Below are positions 62,067 to 64,000 of a DNA stretch of 64,000 nt, in pieces. Source of the stretch: Candidatus Marinacidobacterium sp. (lineage in GTDB: Bacteria; Acidobacteriota; Vicinamibacteria; Marinacidobacterales; Marinacidobacteraceae); the NCBI GenBank assembly GCA_965220965.1, contig OZ244852.1, forward strand, positions 64,001-128,000. Direction: 5' to 3'. Below the pieces are notes generated by a model. That model made no database searches and was not told where the DNA came from. It saw only the letters and a program-made list of their open reading frames with translations. How positions within the stretch are numbered: position 1 is the first letter of the stretch; each line of letters begins with the position of its first letter. Position numbers and translations under genes: made by a program.

Positions 62067-63218
62067 TCAGGGGCGAGGTCCGCCGCCTGACGCGACCCGG
62101 ACCGCCATGCCCTCCGCGACGACCGCCGGAGGCCGAACCACGACGCGGTCTCCGTCTGCGAGCCCGGATCGGACGAGGATCTCGTCCTCGCCCTCGGACC
62201 AGAAGGCGTCCACCGCGCGGATCCGGATCCGGTCCTCTCCGTCCACGACCAGCACCCGCCCGTCCTCGCGGAACGCGCTTCGTGGGACCGCGCCAACCCC
62301 GCGAAACAGCCGCCCTTCGATCTCGACGCCAACGAAGAGGCCGGCCACCAGCGGCGGCGCTCCCGGGCCGCCGGCCGCGACCTCCACGACCCCGGCGAAG
62401 AACCGGGTGGCGGGGTCCATCCGGCCCTCCATACGGGTCAGCCTTCCTTCCCAGGTCCACCCGGTGGCCCCGTCGGCGCCGAGCGCCGCGGTCACCCGCG
62501 CGGGGGGCGCCTGCCCGGCCGCTCCTGCGAACGGAAGGTCCACGACTTCGAGCGCCGTATCGGGGATGGACACCCGCACTTCCGCCCGGTCGAGCGACAA
62601 CAGCTCCACCAGCGGCGCGCCCGGCGCGGCCCACTCGCCGACCTCGGCCCAGCGGGAAGCGACGATCCCGGCGTGCGGCGCCCGGACCGAGGCGTTCTCC
62701 AGATCCCGTTCGGCGCGCCGGAGCGCCGCCCGGGCGGCCCGTTCGGCCGCCAGCGCCGCTGCGAGCTGCGGTTCGCGGAGGGCCAGGGGGGCGGGTGTTT
62801 CCCCCTCGGCCGCCCATTCCTCCTGCGCCAGGGCGGCGGCGGCTTCCTCGACGCCGACCTGCAGCTCGGACTGCGCGAGCCGGCTTGCGGCCTCCGCGAC
62901 CGCGGACTCGTAGGCCAGGGTCTCGATCCGGAACAGTTCGTCGCCCGCCGCGACGCGGACGCCCTCCCGGAGGCCCTCGGCCGCCCAGACGACCTGCCCG
63001 GCCACCTGCGCCGCCACGGTCGTAGCCCGCGCCGGACGCACCACGCCGTCGACGCGGACCACCACCCGCCGGTCCTCGAGGCGGACCGGGCGCACCTCGA
63101 CTTCCGGCGGAAGGCGCGTCACTTCCTGGACCGCGGGCTCCGGACCGAGCGCGACCAGCAGCGCCGCGACCCCCCCGCCGACCAGCAGGATCGGGACGAA
63201 CAGAAAGCGGCGGAGCAT
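62067..63218 (-). CDS. RND periplasmic adaptor (membrane fusion protein)
   Basis: N-terminal TM, QVAGQV lipoyl half, alpha hairpin, RAPHAGIV, GLADGDRVV. Confidence 0.9.
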   Translation of the reverse strand: MLRRFLFVPILLVGGGVAALLVALGPEPAVQEVTRLPPEVEVRPVRLEDRRVVVRVDGVVRPARATTVAAQVAGQVVWAAEGLREGVRVAAGDELFRIETLAYESAVAEAASRLAQSELQVGVEEAAAALAQEEWAAEGETPAPLALREPQLAAALAAERAARAALRRAERDLENASVRAPHAGIVASRWAEVGEWAAPGAPLVELLSLDRAEVRVSIPDTALEVVDLPFAGAAGQAPPARVTAALGADGATGWTWEGRLTRMEGRMDPATRFFAGVVEVAAGGPGAPPLVAGLFVGVEIEGRLFRGVGAVPRSAFREDGRVLVVDGEDRIRIRAVDAFWSEGEDEILVRSGLADGDRVVVRPPAVVAEGMAVRVASGGGPRP

Positions 63219-64000
63219 CAGCGGTGACCTCCCGCGGCGTCCGCGTCCGCTGGCCGGGACGGACGCTTGAAGCCGCCGCCGAGCGCCAGGAAGAGGTTCA
63301 CCCGGTTGTCGAGCCGGGCGCGGGCCTGCGACAGATCGGCCGACTCCGCCCGGATCGCCGCGGCTCGCGCATCCAGCACCGCGCGCCGCGTCGCGAGCCC
63401 CTCCCGCCAGCGGGCCGCGGTGCGCGCGACGATGAGGTCGGCGGCGGTTCGCGCCTCGCGGGCCCGGTCACCGGCCTCGCGCAGCGTCTCCTCGGCCGCC
63501 AGTCCGGCCTCCACTTCCTGATAGGCGGTCAGCACCGTCCGGGCGTAGACCGCGAGCGCCTCCTGATCGCGCGCCTCCTCATGACGGATCCGGGCGCGGA
63601 TCCGCCCGCCCTGGAACACCGGCGCCGCGATCCCGGCGATCAGACTCCACACCGAGAAGTCTCCGTCGACGAGCTGTCGCAGGCCGGCGGTCGCGGTCCC
63701 CGCCGAGGAGGTCAGGGCGAACTGCGGGTAGCGCGCCCGGCGGGCGATCGTCGTCAGCTCGCGCGAGGCAGCGAGACGCCGTTCCGCGCCAGCGACATCG
63801 GGGCGGCGCGCCACCAGGTCGGCGGGGACGCCGCCCGGCGCCGGGCCAAGGCTGTCCGGCAGCCCGGAACCGAGGTCCCAGCCCGGGCCGGGGACGCCAT
63901 CGGGGTAGTCGGTGAACAGTGTCTCGAGACTGCGCACCGAGGCCGCTCGCGCCTGCCGGCGGGCGGCAGCCACCGAGCGCGCCTCCGCCAGCCGCGCCTC
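63218..64000 (-). CDS. Outer membrane efflux factor (TolC/NodT family), 5' truncated by window
   Basis: PADLVARRPDVAGAE, YPQFAL, PVFQGGR, LFLALGGG. Confidence 0.88.
   Translation of the reverse strand, partial: EARLAEARSVAAARRQARAASVRSLETLFTDYPDGVPGPGWDLGSGLPDSLGPAPGGVPADLVARRPDVAGAERRLAASRELTTIARRARYPQFALTSSAGTATAGLRQLVDGDFSVWSLIAGIAAPVFQGGRIRARIRHEEARDQEALAVYARTVLTAYQEVEAGLAAEETLREAGDRAREARTAADLIVARTAARWREGLATRRAVLDARAAAIRAESADLSQARARLDNRVNLFLALGGGFKRPSRPADADAAGGHR

Noticed and set aside
58936-62913. 1325-aa plus-strand ORF and many other Arg/Pro/Gly-rich ORFs in the track
   Set aside because: Shadow or off-frame ORFs typical of very high GC DNA; no family motifs

Overview
This is a very GC-rich bacterial chromosomal window. 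Gene content and order suggest a diderm, probably Acidobacteriota-like organism, but that is inference only. From left to right it holds: the obg-nadD-rsfS end; a LapA/LapB-like fusion; comF; a cassette of a degenerate S1/P1-fold protein, ECF sigma, STAS protein and small ORF; a type IIA topoisomerase pair in A-then-B order; two small orphan membrane/coiled-coil ORFs; a YchF with degenerate G-motifs; and a full dcw cluster (mraZ to ftsZ, pgeF) with MraZ boxes. Next come an M28 peptidase, pilC plus three pseudopilins, smpB, an FAD/Fe-S oxidoreductase, a large coiled-coil protein with a RelE-like C-terminus, and a sigma54-type promoter with tandem palindromes ahead of comEA-fimT. The right part has an amidohydrolase, three paralogous Ig-like + LVIVD beta-propeller genes around a YncE-like propeller (all four ending GEP/GEPQ), a Ser-Cys proline-racemase-family gene, a CxxC/RAPP leader peptide before a TonB-dependent receptor, a CRTAC1-like protein, a methyltransferase behind a frameshifted hicB, DUF1499 and an RND efflux operon. 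I found no rRNA, tRNA, tmRNA, CRISPR array or transposase. All calls come from motif recognition by eye; no searches were run.
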